DNA of 42,158 nt from Deltaproteobacteria bacterium (GCA_003646815.1 QMLQ01000001.1:1-42158); one strand, 5' to 3'. Positions 18,675 through 27,657 are shown, counted from the stretch's first letter. Numbers and translations: made by a program. Notes: generated by a model from the letters alone, not told the origin.

Positions 18675-19440
18675 TGACCTGCATCTCCCGGGTGACAGGA
18701 TAATCAGGGATTACATGGATCCCGTCCCGGTATACCTTCATATGGGCGACGATCCTCCCGTTATAGGCAAGGGGAACTACCCATATATTTTCAGGACCCA
18801 GGTATTCCGCACCATCCAGCACCTTGAGGTTTCTGATGATACCCGGCAATTCCTGTACTATTTCACTGGCAGGAGCCGCGGTGTTGAATATACGGGGATG
18901 ATACCCGCATGGCAATATAACCCCGTTAACCGGATCGAATTCCAGTGCACCCACTGCCACCCCCTGGTATGTGATGGCCGCACGTGCCACTTCTTCACCT
19001 TCAGGGCCACTTTCTATCCACACCCTTCCGGGTCTCAGCAGTTTCCCGGCCGCACGTGCCGTGATCACCGCCCTGCGGGCGTTCACCGGGGCAGGGGCCG
19101 GCGGTACTCCCTGTGGACCTGTAAGGGTGTTACGGCCCGTGGGTAGGGGTGGAACCGGTGGGGCTGTATTCGGACCCGCGGGGCCGAGCGGCGGTCCCAT
19201 GGCCGTACCAGGGGCCGATGGTCCGGCACCGGGTATTGGCTCGCCCGGCACAATAGGGGCGGGACCTGGTGCTGCAACAGGGCCTGGCCCGGGCGTGGAT
19301 GCCGGGGGTGGAGGAGCCATACTCATACCCACCTGCAAAACAGGGGGACACGGTTGCGCTGATACCATTGTCATCCCTCCGGTGATCAGTCCAGACGATA
19401 TAACAATAACTCCCAAGAAACTCCATCTTGTAAATTTCAT
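18664..19440 (-). CDS. Secreted proline-rich protein with a globular C-terminal domain, function unknown
   Basis: The start at MKFTRW (19440) has a perfect AAGGAGG 8 nt upstream. A signal-peptide-like N-terminus is followed by about 100 aa of P/G/A-rich low complexity and then a roughly 130-aa ordered domain. Its 3' end overlaps the permease start by 11 nt. Confidence 0.6.
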   Translation of the reverse strand: MKFTRWSFLGVIVISSGLITGGMTMVSAQPCPPVLQVGMSMAPPPPASTPGPGPVAAPGPAPIVPGEPIPGAGPSAPGTAMGPPLGPAGPNTAPPVPPLPTGRNTLTGPQGVPPAPAPVNARRAVITARAAGKLLRPGRVWIESGPEGEEVARAAITYQGVAVGALEFDPVNGVILPCGYHPRIFNTAAPASEIVQELPGIIRNLKVLDGAEYLGPENIWVVPLAYNGRIVAHMKVYRDGIHVIPDYPVTREMQVNGQ

Positions 19441-19456
19441 GATGCTTGCCTCCTTA

Positions 19457-19747
19457 CTATGATTTATCATTTTTTTCTATCTTCTCTATCTTTTCTTCCA
19501 TACGTTTCAATCGTTCATTGATATCGTTCAATGCATTTGTCAGGTAATCATCCTTCGGCCGTGGCGGGGGGGTGGATTTCTTGAATATCACCCATGCCCC
19601 TACCACTACGGCCCCGGCAAAGATCCATCCGAGAAAGGGGCCGATCCCCGGTCCCAGCAGGGGCGGGAGTGGCGGCCCCGGGACGCACCCGGCCAAAAAA
19701 CACAGCAGCGTTCCACCAATAATTACTTTGAAGAGTGTGTTTTTCAT
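19457..19747 (-). CDS. Small lipoprotein with a TM segment and a C-terminal charged helix, function unknown
   Basis: The start at MKNTLFKV (19747) has GGAGGA upstream. It has an LAGC lipobox, a Gly/Pro stretch, a hydrophobic segment, and a KRMEEKIEKIEK tail. Confidence 0.55.
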   Translation of the reverse strand: MKNTLFKVIIGGTLLCFLAGCVPGPPLPPLLGPGIGPFLGWIFAGAVVVGAWVIFKKSTPPPRPKDDYLTNALNDINERLKRMEEKIEKIEKNDKS

Positions 19748-19940
19748 GATATTCCTCCGTTGTTGATGGTTGATCAGCACTCTTGTAAATGAGTTCGGGT
19801 CCCTGAAGTTTGTTTTCATAGTACCATTCCATTATGAAGAAACCCCGAAGGAATCATTAAAAAAACATTAAAGTTAGTGGGTCGGCTCGGGTTCCCTGGA
19901 AGGGCTGTACTTTTTCAGGTCACGGAAGGGAAAAGAGAGA

Positions 19941-19998
19941 GGCCGCATTTCTCACGGATCACCGCCGCCACAGGAGATTGGGGTGAAAAATGCGGGTT
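19941..19998. repeat. Repeat module 1 in inverted orientation
   Basis: GGCCGCATTTCTCACGG-ATCACCGCCGCCACAGGAGATTG-GGGTGAAAAATGCGGGTT aligns with the reverse complement of copy A module 1 (TTAGCCCGCTTTTCTCACGGACCTCCGCCATAGCAGATTGCCCGTGAGAAATACGGGTT). Confidence 0.5.
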
Positions 19999-20144
19999 CA
20001 TTATCTGCATTCGATAAATGTCTTATTGGCAATTGTTTTTCATGGTGCGTTCTCCCTATGATTTTGTCGGCAAAGAGTCGATCCGAGAATCATGGTTTGA
20101 TTTTTGCCCTGTCCAAATATATTATATAAGTCTCGAGAGATACA

Positions 20145-21107
20145 ATGAAAGCGGAGAAGCAATTATTCTCCGGTTGGGAACAGCACCAGGGTTACAACAT
20201 GGCAGATTTTCATGACATTTTCGGTCTGGGGCAATGCTCCCTTGACTATATAGGGAAAGTCGCAACCTATCCTCCTCCTGATGTGAAATGCGAATGTTCC
20301 GAAATGACTATCCAGGGAGGCGGCCCGGTCGCCACGGCCCTGGTTGCGCTTACCAGGTGGGGCCTCTCTTGTTGTTTCACCGGGGTCATCGGAGATGATC
20401 TCTTCGGCGACATGATCCAGGAATCCCTTGACGTTGAAGGGATTGATACCAGCAGACTTCTTGTCAGGAAGGCAGCCGAATCCCAGTTTGCTTTCATTAC
20501 AGCAGAACCGGAGAAACAGGGAAGAAGAACGATTTTCTGGAGACGACCCACGGGTGATCCTCCAGCACCAAAAGAGGTTGATTATGAAAGTTTACGGAGG
20601 GCCCGGGTGTTTCACACGGACGGCCTTTTCATGGAGGCATCTCTCGCCGCAGCAGAGGCGGCGAGGGCAGCAAATGTCCCGGTTGTGGTGGATGCAGGCT
20701 CCCTCCGGGAAGGCATGCTTGATCTCGCTCGGTTAAGCGACTATTTCCTGGCCTCCGAACATTTTGCAACGGCCCTCGTGGATAATAATGGACCTGTCAA
20801 AGCATGCTTTCGCCTTTCAGAACTTGGTCCACGGGTCGTCGGAGTTACGCTCGGTCCAAGGGGATACGTGGCCATGGCGGAAGGGAAAATGATCGAGAAG
20901 CCTGCTTATGCTGTTAACGCGGTTGACACCACCGGATGCGGCGATGTGTTCCACGCCGGGTTCATCTACGGGCTGCTCCAGGGGTGGCAGGCAGACCGGT
21001 GCCTTGATTTCGGTGCCTGGGCTGCCTCCAGGGTGGCCCTGAAGCTCGGGGGAAGGGCCGGCATTCCACCACACAATGAAATCCAACGTTGGTCCAGAGG
21101 AATCTAG
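20145..21107 (+). CDS. PfkB-family (ribokinase-like) sugar/nucleoside kinase
   Basis: It has an N-terminal GLGQCSLDY, and the DTTGCGDVFHAGFIYGL PfkB signature near the C-terminus. An alternative start lies at 20199 (MADFHD). Confidence 0.85.
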   Translation: MKAEKQLFSGWEQHQGYNMADFHDIFGLGQCSLDYIGKVATYPPPDVKCECSEMTIQGGGPVATALVALTRWGLSCCFTGVIGDDLFGDMIQESLDVEGIDTSRLLVRKAAESQFAFITAEPEKQGRRTIFWRRPTGDPPAPKEVDYESLRRARVFHTDGLFMEASLAAAEAARAANVPVVVDAGSLREGMLDLARLSDYFLASEHFATALVDNNGPVKACFRLSELGPRVVGVTLGPRGYVAMAEGKMIEKPAYAVNAVDTTGCGDVFHAGFIYGLLQGWQADRCLDFGAWAASRVALKLGGRAGIPPHNEIQRWSRGI

Positions 21108-21120
21108 CTCGGAGAGGGAC

Positions 21121-22290
21121 ATGGGAGCACGGCACATTATTCATCTGGACATGGATGCCTTCTACCCGGCTGTTGAGGTCCTTGACCACCCCGACCTGAA
21201 AGGCAAGCCCGTCATTGTCGGAGGCATCGGCGATCGAGGGGTGGTCTCCTCTGCATCCTACGAGGCCAGGGAATTCAGCGTGCATTCAGCCCAGCCCATG
21301 GTTACCGCCCGTCGCCTCTGCCCGCAAGGCATATTCCTGCCCGTCAGAATGGGCAGATACCGGGAAATATCGGAACAGATTTTTCGAATATTTCATCATT
21401 TCACCCCATTAGTGGAACCGCTATCCATTGATGAAGCATTCCTTGATGTGACCGGTTCCACCCGCCTCTTTGGGGAACCGGAGGTCATTGCCCGAAAAAT
21501 CAAGACCCAGATTGTGCGGGAAACCGGCCTGACCGCCTCGGCAGGGGTTGCTCCCTCCAAGTTCGTTGCCAAGATTGCATCAGACATGGACAAGCCGGAT
21601 GGTTTGGTTGTAGTTCCCCCTGAAAATATCAGAAAATTTCTTGACCCTCTCCCCATAGAAAAAATGTGGGGCGTGGGCAAAGTGACCCGGGAAGCCCTTG
21701 GGCGGCTGGGAGTGCGGACATTCAGGGATCTGAGCCGGATACCGGTAAAGGTCCTTAAGCAGAGATTCGGGAAGCAGGGTATCAGGATGCATGAACTGTC
21801 CCTGGGCTTAGACCAGAGGCGGGTGGTGCCGGAGCGAGAGGTAAAATCGCTGGGCCACGAAGAAACCTTTGCACAGGACATTGAAGATGTGGAGGAAGTC
21901 CGAAGGGAAATTCTGGCGCTTTCGAGCAAGGTTGCCCGCCGGTTGCGCAGGAAGGGAATACAGGGAAAGACCGTAACACTCAAGGTGAAATACAGTGACT
22001 TTGTCCAGATCACCCGTTCGGCAACGCTCCCCCTTGCCACTGATGACGGGCTGGAGATATTCTCCACGGCCGCCCGCCTGCTCCTGAACACCGAAGCCGG
22101 GAAGAGACCCATCAGGCTCCTGGGTGTCGTCCTGTCCCAGCTCGAGGTTGCCTGGAAAGAAGAACAGTTGTCGCTCTTCGAAATGGAGAGTGGCTCGCAG
22201 AAGAGGCGAAGCCTGAATCAGGCCCTTGATTCTGTCTCTGCAAAACATGGGGAAAAGGCCGTTCGCCCCGGATCGCTTTTTACCCCCTGA
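21121..22290 (+). CDS. dinB: DNA polymerase IV (Y-family)
   Basis: The sequence IIHLDMDAFYPAVE...SIDEAFLDVTG...ASAGVAPSKFVAKIASD is diagnostic of DinB. The start at 21121 has GGAGAGGGAC upstream. Confidence 0.92.
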   Translation: MGARHIIHLDMDAFYPAVEVLDHPDLKGKPVIVGGIGDRGVVSSASYEAREFSVHSAQPMVTARRLCPQGIFLPVRMGRYREISEQIFRIFHHFTPLVEPLSIDEAFLDVTGSTRLFGEPEVIARKIKTQIVRETGLTASAGVAPSKFVAKIASDMDKPDGLVVVPPENIRKFLDPLPIEKMWGVGKVTREALGRLGVRTFRDLSRIPVKVLKQRFGKQGIRMHELSLGLDQRRVVPEREVKSLGHEETFAQDIEDVEEVRREILALSSKVARRLRRKGIQGKTVTLKVKYSDFVQITRSATLPLATDDGLEIFSTAARLLLNTEAGKRPIRLLGVVLSQLEVAWKEEQLSLFEMESGSQKRRSLNQALDSVSAKHGEKAVRPGSLFTP

Positions 22291-22338
22291 TCGAGAAAAA
22301 ACGGAATGATTCACCGAAATCGAGAGAGGCGGTTTTCC

Positions 22339-22581
22339 ATGCTGAAAATCGTGCTTATCTTATGCATAATAACGATCGGCCTGTTCTGGATAAACTCTCC
22401 AGCAAAAGGAAGGGAGCTTCCCATGGATAACCAAACACCGAACCGCCTGATCAAGGAAAAGAGCCCGTATCTCCTGCAGCACGCATATAATCCCGTTGAC
22501 TGGTATCCCTGGGGCAGCGAGGCCTTTGAAAGAGCAAAATTGGTGCGGATTTCGGTATCGGCCCCGCCCACGACGTTGTGA
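22339..22581 (+). pseudogene. Truncated yyaL-like (DUF255 thioredoxin-domain) gene; only about 70 N-terminal residues are homologous
   Basis: [33 protein letters not shown] matches the conserved N-terminus of the roughly 680-aa YyaL/DUF255 proteins. Homology stops near 22540 and the frame terminates at 22581. Confidence 0.6.
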
Positions 22582-22655
22582 TCGTGGGGAAAAGCGGGCT
22601 AACACCTCGTGCAAATCGCCTGTTACGGAACCGGAGGCCATGCTCAACCTATTGC
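22567..22655. repeat. Partial repeat copy (3' arm of module 1) plus a local hairpin
   Basis: CGTGGGGAAAAGCGGGCTAA shares an identical 14-mer, GAAAAGCGGGCTAA, with the module 1 ends at 1981-1996 and 36320-36335. It is preceded by the hairpin CCCACGA-CGTTGTGA-TCGTGGG. The extent is uncertain. Confidence 0.35.
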
Positions 22656-22671
22656 AGTAAAGATGCTTTTT

Positions 22672-23460
22672 ATGGATATACAGCAAGGAAACACCTTAGG
22701 AATTACCGGCATCGTGGACACCCACGCACACCTGTGCGACCCATCCTTTGATGGAGACCTTTTTTTAGTGCTCGAGCGGGCGCGCATTGCAGGTATTTCT
22801 TCCGTCATAGCGGTAGGGGAAACTCTGGAGGACGGTGAGAAAAACCTGGCACTGGCGAAAACCTATCCCCAACTGCTTCCTGCGGCCGGCCTCTATCCAA
22901 CCCATCTTGATTTATCAGCCGCACACGAGGTCATAACGTTTATCGAAAAAGAGCAGGGCCGCCTCGTTGCCATCGGTGAAGTGGGCCTGGATTACTGGGT
23001 GATCAAGGAAGAGCGGCAAAGAGAGATACAGCGCGAAATTTTCAGCGGGTTCATTGAACTGGGGAAAAAACTCGACCTTCCCCTGAATGTGCATTCCCGG
23101 TCGGCAGGGAGGCACGCCATAGGGCTCCTCCTGGAAAAAGGCGCCGCAAGGGTTCAGCTTCATGCCTTTGACGGCAAGGCAAGCACTGCACGGCCGGCAG
23201 TGGAAGCGGGATATTTCTTTTCCATACCCCCATCCATCATCCGCTCCCGTCAGAAGCAGAAGCTTGTGAAAAACCTTCCCCTGTCATCCATCCTCCTTGA
23301 GACGGACAGCCCGGTCCTGGGACCGACTCCAGGAGAGCGCAATGAACCGGTAAACGCGCTGGTCTCCCTTCGTGCCGTATCGGAAATAAAAGGCCTCAGC
23401 CAGGAAGCAGTCATGGAAGCAGTTATCGAGAACACCCGACGACTCTATGGATATGCCTAA
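22672..23460 (+). CDS. TatD-family metal-dependent hydrolase/DNase
   Basis: It has IVDTHAHLCDP, AIGEVGLDY, LNVHSR, LHAFDG and ETDSP motifs. The start is ambiguous (22663 or 22672), and I reject the longer 22609 start. Confidence 0.85.
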   Translation: MDIQQGNTLGITGIVDTHAHLCDPSFDGDLFLVLERARIAGISSVIAVGETLEDGEKNLALAKTYPQLLPAAGLYPTHLDLSAAHEVITFIEKEQGRLVAIGEVGLDYWVIKEERQREIQREIFSGFIELGKKLDLPLNVHSRSAGRHAIGLLLEKGAARVQLHAFDGKASTARPAVEAGYFFSIPPSIIRSRQKQKLVKNLPLSSILLETDSPVLGPTPGERNEPVNALVSLRAVSEIKGLSQEAVMEAVIENTRRLYGYA

Positions 23461-23586
23461 CCCGGATAAACCGGGAATGACAAATGCCTTAATGCAAAAA
23501 AACGTTGCGTATGCAAACTGACTTGGTTTGCGGCAGAGAATGGACACGGGGATCTTTTTGCAGGCACGATATCTCTCTCTAAGTTC

Positions 23587-24348
23587 CTACTTGGTTTCCA
23601 GACGCTTGGCTATTTTGGGGAGCACCTCTCCGGCCTTTCCCCGGATGAGGACGTTGCAGGACGTGTCGAACGGGGTTTCTGAAAGATTGATGATAGCGAG
23701 AAACGCACCTGCTTCCTGTGCATAACCGGGCATGGCGGCGGCCGGGTGGACCAGGAGAGTTGATCCAACCACTAGGAAAAAATCCGCACTGCGTGACAGT
23801 TCAATCGCCTTTTCCACCTCCCTTTCCGGCATGGCCTGACCGAAAGAAATGGTATCCGGCTTGAGATATCCGCCGCATTCGCATTCAGGTGCCGGGTCTC
23901 CTTCCTCAATACGCTTGTGGGCCTCCTCGATGGAAAAAATTTTCCCACAGCTCATACAGCGCACCCGCCTGTTGCTCCCGTGGAGCTCGATCACACTTTC
24001 CTCCGGGATGCCAGATGCCTGGTGAAGGCCGTCTATGTTCTGGGTAATGACCGCTTCCACCAGCCCCATTTCATGGAGTTGTGCGATGGCCAGGTGGGCC
24101 TGATTTGGTCTTGCCTTCTGAAGGTCACGGTAAAAGGCTGTCTTCTGGCGCCAGTACTCGATACGGGCCGCCCTGGATCGCATGAATTCGTCGAAATATA
24201 CAGGGCGGTACTGGTCCCAGATGCCTCCCTGGCTCCGGAAATCTGGGATCCCGCTCTCTGTTGAGATACCCGCCCCGGTAAAAACGATATTCCTGCCGCC
24301 GCTGGCGAGCTGCTCCGCAACGAGGCCTATTCCCTTCTCCATGTCCAT
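23587..24348 (-). CDS. cobB: NAD-dependent protein deacylase (SIR2/CobB family)
   Basis: It has GAGISTESGIPDFRS, TQNIDGLH, HG, and the zinc-binding pairs CMSCGK...CECGG. The start at MDMEKG (24348) has GGGAGGG upstream. Confidence 0.88.
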   Translation of the reverse strand: MDMEKGIGLVAEQLASGGRNIVFTGAGISTESGIPDFRSQGGIWDQYRPVYFDEFMRSRAARIEYWRQKTAFYRDLQKARPNQAHLAIAQLHEMGLVEAVITQNIDGLHQASGIPEESVIELHGSNRRVRCMSCGKIFSIEEAHKRIEEGDPAPECECGGYLKPDTISFGQAMPEREVEKAIELSRSADFFLVVGSTLLVHPAAAMPGYAQEAGAFLAIINLSETPFDTSCNVLIRGKAGEVLPKIAKRLETK

Positions 24349-24456
24349 GTGGCTGCCCTCCCTGACCCCTTTTAACACAGCCAGGATTGACAATGCAAGA
24401 TTGCACCGGAAAAGAGATCGTTATTTCCTGGATAAGTGCAGTTGAGGACCATGGTG

Positions 24457-24485
24457 TTGACACAGAGACCGGTTTTCACTATGCT
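24457..24485 (+). promoter_or_regulatory. Candidate sigma70 promoter with a roughly 150-nt leader for the second EamA transporter
   Basis: The region reads TTGACA, a 17-nt spacer, then TATGCT. The leader contains a CGTCC-ATG-GGACG hairpin, and I recognise no riboswitch class. Confidence 0.3.
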
Positions 24486-24637
24486 CCGGCACACTGAAAC
24501 GAGAGGTTTTCGTCCATGGGACGACTTTCTTCGTTCGGCTGGAAAGAAAGGGAAATACAAGGTGAGACGGCCAATCTTTCAAGGAAGCAAAACGATGCCC
24601 GCAGGCGGGTTGGGGAACAGGCCCCTCGGAGACGAAA

Positions 24638-25525
24638 ATGGATAAACGTGTCCTGAGGGCCGATTGGCTCCTCTTGCTGACGGCGGTTATTTGGGGAACC
24701 GCCTTTGTGGCCCAGCGTGCCGGCATGGCCTATGTGGGCGCGTTTACCTTCAACGGGATCCGTTTTGCCCTTGGGATGCTCGTTTTGCTGCCCCTGGCCA
24801 TGTGGGGTCCCGCGGAGTATAAACCTGGAACTGATCCGGGCAGGAAAATGCGCGCCACGCCTTCACAGGCCCTCTGGGGAGGTGGTCTTGCGGGATTGAT
24901 GCTGTTTTCAGGCGCCAGCCTCCAGCAGCTGGGCCTTGTGTATACCACGGCAGGGAAAGCCGGCTTCATCACCGGTCTCTATGTGATTATCGTGCCGATC
25001 ATGGGACTCTTCTGGGGACTGAAATCAGGAAAGGGAGGATGGCTTGGGGCCGGACTGGCTGTGGTGGGCCTCTATCTCCTGAGTGTCACCAGAGGACTCA
25101 GCATCGCGCCCGGTGATCTGCTTGTCCTCCTGGGAGCATTCTTCTGGGCAGGGCATGTGCTTGTGGTGGGCTGGCTTTCCCCCAAGGTGAACCGCATGCG
25201 CCTTGCCTGTGCCCAGTATGCTGTCTGTTCAGGGCTGAGCCTCATTGTGGCCGGTCTGGCCGAAACTATGATCCTGGAGAACATCCTCCGGGCTGCTGTC
25301 CCTATCCTGTACGGGGGGATCGCCTCCGTGGGCATCGCTTATACCCTGCAGGTCGTGGCCCAGAAATATGCCCCTCCCGCTCATGCCGCCATTATCCTCA
25401 GCCTGGAATCGGTTTTTGCCGCAGTGGCGGGGTGGCTTATTCTCGGCGAGATCATGTCCGTTCGCGGGATAATCGGTGCGGGACTGATGCTTGCAGGGAT
25501 GCTTACGGCCCAGTTGTGGTCATAA
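24638..25525 (+). CDS. EamA/DMT-family transporter
   Basis: The 295-aa ORF has ten hydrophobic helices with a duplicated EamA architecture (WGTAFVAQR... / ...LILGE). Confidence 0.85.
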   Translation: MDKRVLRADWLLLLTAVIWGTAFVAQRAGMAYVGAFTFNGIRFALGMLVLLPLAMWGPAEYKPGTDPGRKMRATPSQALWGGGLAGLMLFSGASLQQLGLVYTTAGKAGFITGLYVIIVPIMGLFWGLKSGKGGWLGAGLAVVGLYLLSVTRGLSIAPGDLLVLLGAFFWAGHVLVVGWLSPKVNRMRLACAQYAVCSGLSLIVAGLAETMILENILRAAVPILYGGIASVGIAYTLQVVAQKYAPPAHAAIILSLESVFAAVAGWLILGEIMSVRGIIGAGLMLAGMLTAQLWS

Positions 25526-25527
25526 TA

Positions 25528-26400
25528 TTATCCCCTTTTGCTCAAATCGGGGCCGAATTTCCGCTCATAGAAGGATCCAAACCTCTCGAACCAGCGCCAC
25601 CAGGAATCCTTTCCCCGTTCCTTTGCTTCCAGCACGTCATTCAGGTAGGTAACGATGTCGGGCATCTTTTCCTTTGGAATATACGAGGCCGCGCCCTCCC
25701 GGTAGGCCTGGGCCGTGGTTTCAGGGCTCAGCGCGTGAGAAGTGAGCATAACGGCGAGCACCTTTTTCTTCCGGGCAAGCTTCAGGAGATCAAACCCGTT
25801 TACCCCCATGATGTCCAGGATAGCCATATCAAAAACTTCCCTTTCAAGGAGATCCCTTGCCTGATCAAAGGTTGAGGCGCAGGTAACGTCACACATGGGA
25901 AGCAATTCTTCCACCGTTTCCAGGATATCCGGCTCATCATCCACCACCAGGACCTTCTTTCCATCCAGCAGACTCCTCCGCACGATGACACAGATCTGGC
26001 GGGTTGCCCGCCGACAGACCGTTTCTGCAACATTTCCCAGGCCGGAGCTCCCCATCACGATCATGTCCGCCTTCCTCGCGGCCGCATATTCAACGACCAT
26101 CTCTCCCGGGTCTCCCTGGATAATGCTGGTCTTTATATTCTTTATTCCTTTGTCCCGGGCATTTCTTTCCGCTTCTTCAATAATCTGGTTTCCCATGAGC
26201 TTCAGATAGACGTCGATTGGCGGCTCGGTGATCCTTTCCGCGCGCATATACTGCTCCAGGTCGGCGGGGATTCTTGCCTTTTTCACCACGTGAATGAGAT
26301 GAAGTTCCGTTTCCTTGGGGTCCGCCACGCGGGCCGCAAATTCGATGGCTTTTTGTGTATGAATGGATCGATCCACGGGGATAAGAATCTTATTTATCAT
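25528..26400 (-). CDS. Universal stress protein domain fused to a response-regulator receiver domain
   Basis: The N-terminus (ILIPVDRS...MIVMGSSGLG) is Usp-like. Residues from about 150 to 265 read VLVVDDEPD...MAILDIMG...MLTSH...IPKEK, which has all REC signature positions. AAGGAG precedes the start. Confidence 0.8.
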   Translation of the reverse strand: MINKILIPVDRSIHTQKAIEFAARVADPKETELHLIHVVKKARIPADLEQYMRAERITEPPIDVYLKLMGNQIIEEAERNARDKGIKNIKTSIIQGDPGEMVVEYAAARKADMIVMGSSGLGNVAETVCRRATRQICVIVRRSLLDGKKVLVVDDEPDILETVEELLPMCDVTCASTFDQARDLLEREVFDMAILDIMGVNGFDLLKLARKKKVLAVMLTSHALSPETTAQAYREGAASYIPKEKMPDIVTYLNDVLEAKERGKDSWWRWFERFGSFYERKFGPDLSKRG

Positions 26401-26656
26401 TTGACTCAGACTCCTTGTATTTGATTATTTATGATTTCTCGGATAAAATAAAATCAATTTAATTTCAAGTCAACGCAAATATGGTTCGCACGCGTCGATT
26501 ATCTCTTCCGGCAGGCGCCTTTCTTTATCTCGGATGAGAAAGAGAGGGTGACCGTTCTGCAACAGAGTAAATCCTCTTGACAATAGGGTGAGGATACATA
26601 ACAATCTGTATTTACAAAAATAAAAAAGTTTCATCAAGAACCAGAAGGAGAAAAAA

Positions 26657-27547
26657 ATGGCTGATGCAGAAGGTATCCTGCATGCGCGCAGTGCAAGTGA
26701 ACTCGCCCCGAAAGCAATTGATTCCAGGAAAAAACCACTCAAGGGACTCGACACACTGGACTGGGGCATGAGGAATCGGCTCTCCCGGCTCATGGGCGAG
26801 GATGGCCGCTGCCAGTTCCTTCCCATTGATCACGGTTATTTCCAGGGGCCCACCCATTGTCTGGAACAGCCCGGCGAAACCATACGGGAACTCCTCCCAT
26901 ACGCGGACGGTCTGTTTGTAACGCGCGGGGTCCTGCGCAGCTGTGTGAATCCGGACATGGACACCCCTGTTATTCTGCGGGTTTCCGGAGCAACCAGCGT
27001 TGTGGGAAAAGACCTGGCAAACGAGGTGATTACCACATCAGTGGAAGAGATGATCCGGCTGAATGTGGCTGCCGTGGGTGTTTCTATTTTTGTGGGGACC
27101 GACTATGAAAAAGAAACGCTTCAAAATCTCTCCGACCTGGTGAACCTGTGCGAAGATTATGGGATTCCGGTCATGGCGGTGACTGCTGTGGGCAAAGAGC
27201 TGGAAAAACGAACAGCTCGCTACCTGGCACTTTCCTGCCGGATAGCCGCGGAATTAGGAGCCAAGATCGTAAAGACCTACTATTGCCCGGAAGATTTCGA
27301 TTTGGTTACCAGCGGGTGCCCCGTGCCCGTTGTGATGGCGGGAGGGCCCAAATGCGAAACCGCTCTGGAGGTGTTCCAGTTTGTGTATGACGGCCTTCAG
27401 AAAGGCGCAATCGGGGTGAACCTGGGACGAAATATCTGGCAGCATCAGCACCCGGTCGCCATGATGAGGGCCCTGAACGCGGTCATTCACCGCAACAAGG
27501 CCCCTGATGAAGCCCTGGAGCTGTTCGAAAAATGGAAAAATATTTGA
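26657..27547 (+). CDS. LsrF/DhnA-family class I aldolase or thiolase (LsrF-like)
   Basis: LDWGMRNRLSRL...IDHGYFQGPT...TRGVLRS...RIAAELGAKIVKTYY...GCPVPVVMAGG...GRNIWQHQHPVAMMRAL is collinear with E. coli LsrF as I recall it, including the Schiff-base Lys in KTYY. AGGAGAAAAAA precedes the start. Confidence 0.8.
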   Translation: MADAEGILHARSASELAPKAIDSRKKPLKGLDTLDWGMRNRLSRLMGEDGRCQFLPIDHGYFQGPTHCLEQPGETIRELLPYADGLFVTRGVLRSCVNPDMDTPVILRVSGATSVVGKDLANEVITTSVEEMIRLNVAAVGVSIFVGTDYEKETLQNLSDLVNLCEDYGIPVMAVTAVGKELEKRTARYLALSCRIAAELGAKIVKTYYCPEDFDLVTSGCPVPVVMAGGPKCETALEVFQFVYDGLQKGAIGVNLGRNIWQHQHPVAMMRALNAVIHRNKAPDEALELFEKWKNI

Positions 27548-27657
27548 CAGGATTACAGGATGGACAAGAATATGGTTCCTGGCAATAGAAATTGTGCCCG
27601 ATAATTCCATCTTGTCAATCCTGTTTATCCAGTCAAAAAAATCGAGGATGAAGTGCC

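Noticed and set aside
17907-19462. Plus-strand ORFs 17907-18677 (256 aa) and 18971-19462 (163 aa) lie opposite the permease and the Pro-rich protein.
   Set aside because: The permease frame shows coherent TM helices and family motifs, and the Pro-rich gene has a perfect RBS and a signal peptide. The antisense products are Gly/Pro/Gln low-complexity artefacts of GC-rich sequence.
23587-24348. I considered the SIR2-domain protein as a possible anti-phage defence effector (Thoeris/DSR/SIR2-HerA-like).
   Set aside because: It is a compact (about 250 aa) canonical sirtuin with the GAGISTESGIPDFRS and QNID motifs, the catalytic His and a zinc ribbon. It has no fused or adjacent defence partner (TIR, HerA, pAgo, Zn-ribbon sensor). 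It is flanked by housekeeping genes, so it is most simply a CobB-type deacylase.
24486-24637. I considered the roughly 150-nt leader upstream of the second EamA transporter as a possible riboswitch.
   Set aside because: It contains only short hairpins. I could not match it to any riboswitch consensus I know (guanidine, PRPP, xanthine/NMT1, purine, SAM, TPP and others). It is reported only as part of a promoter call.
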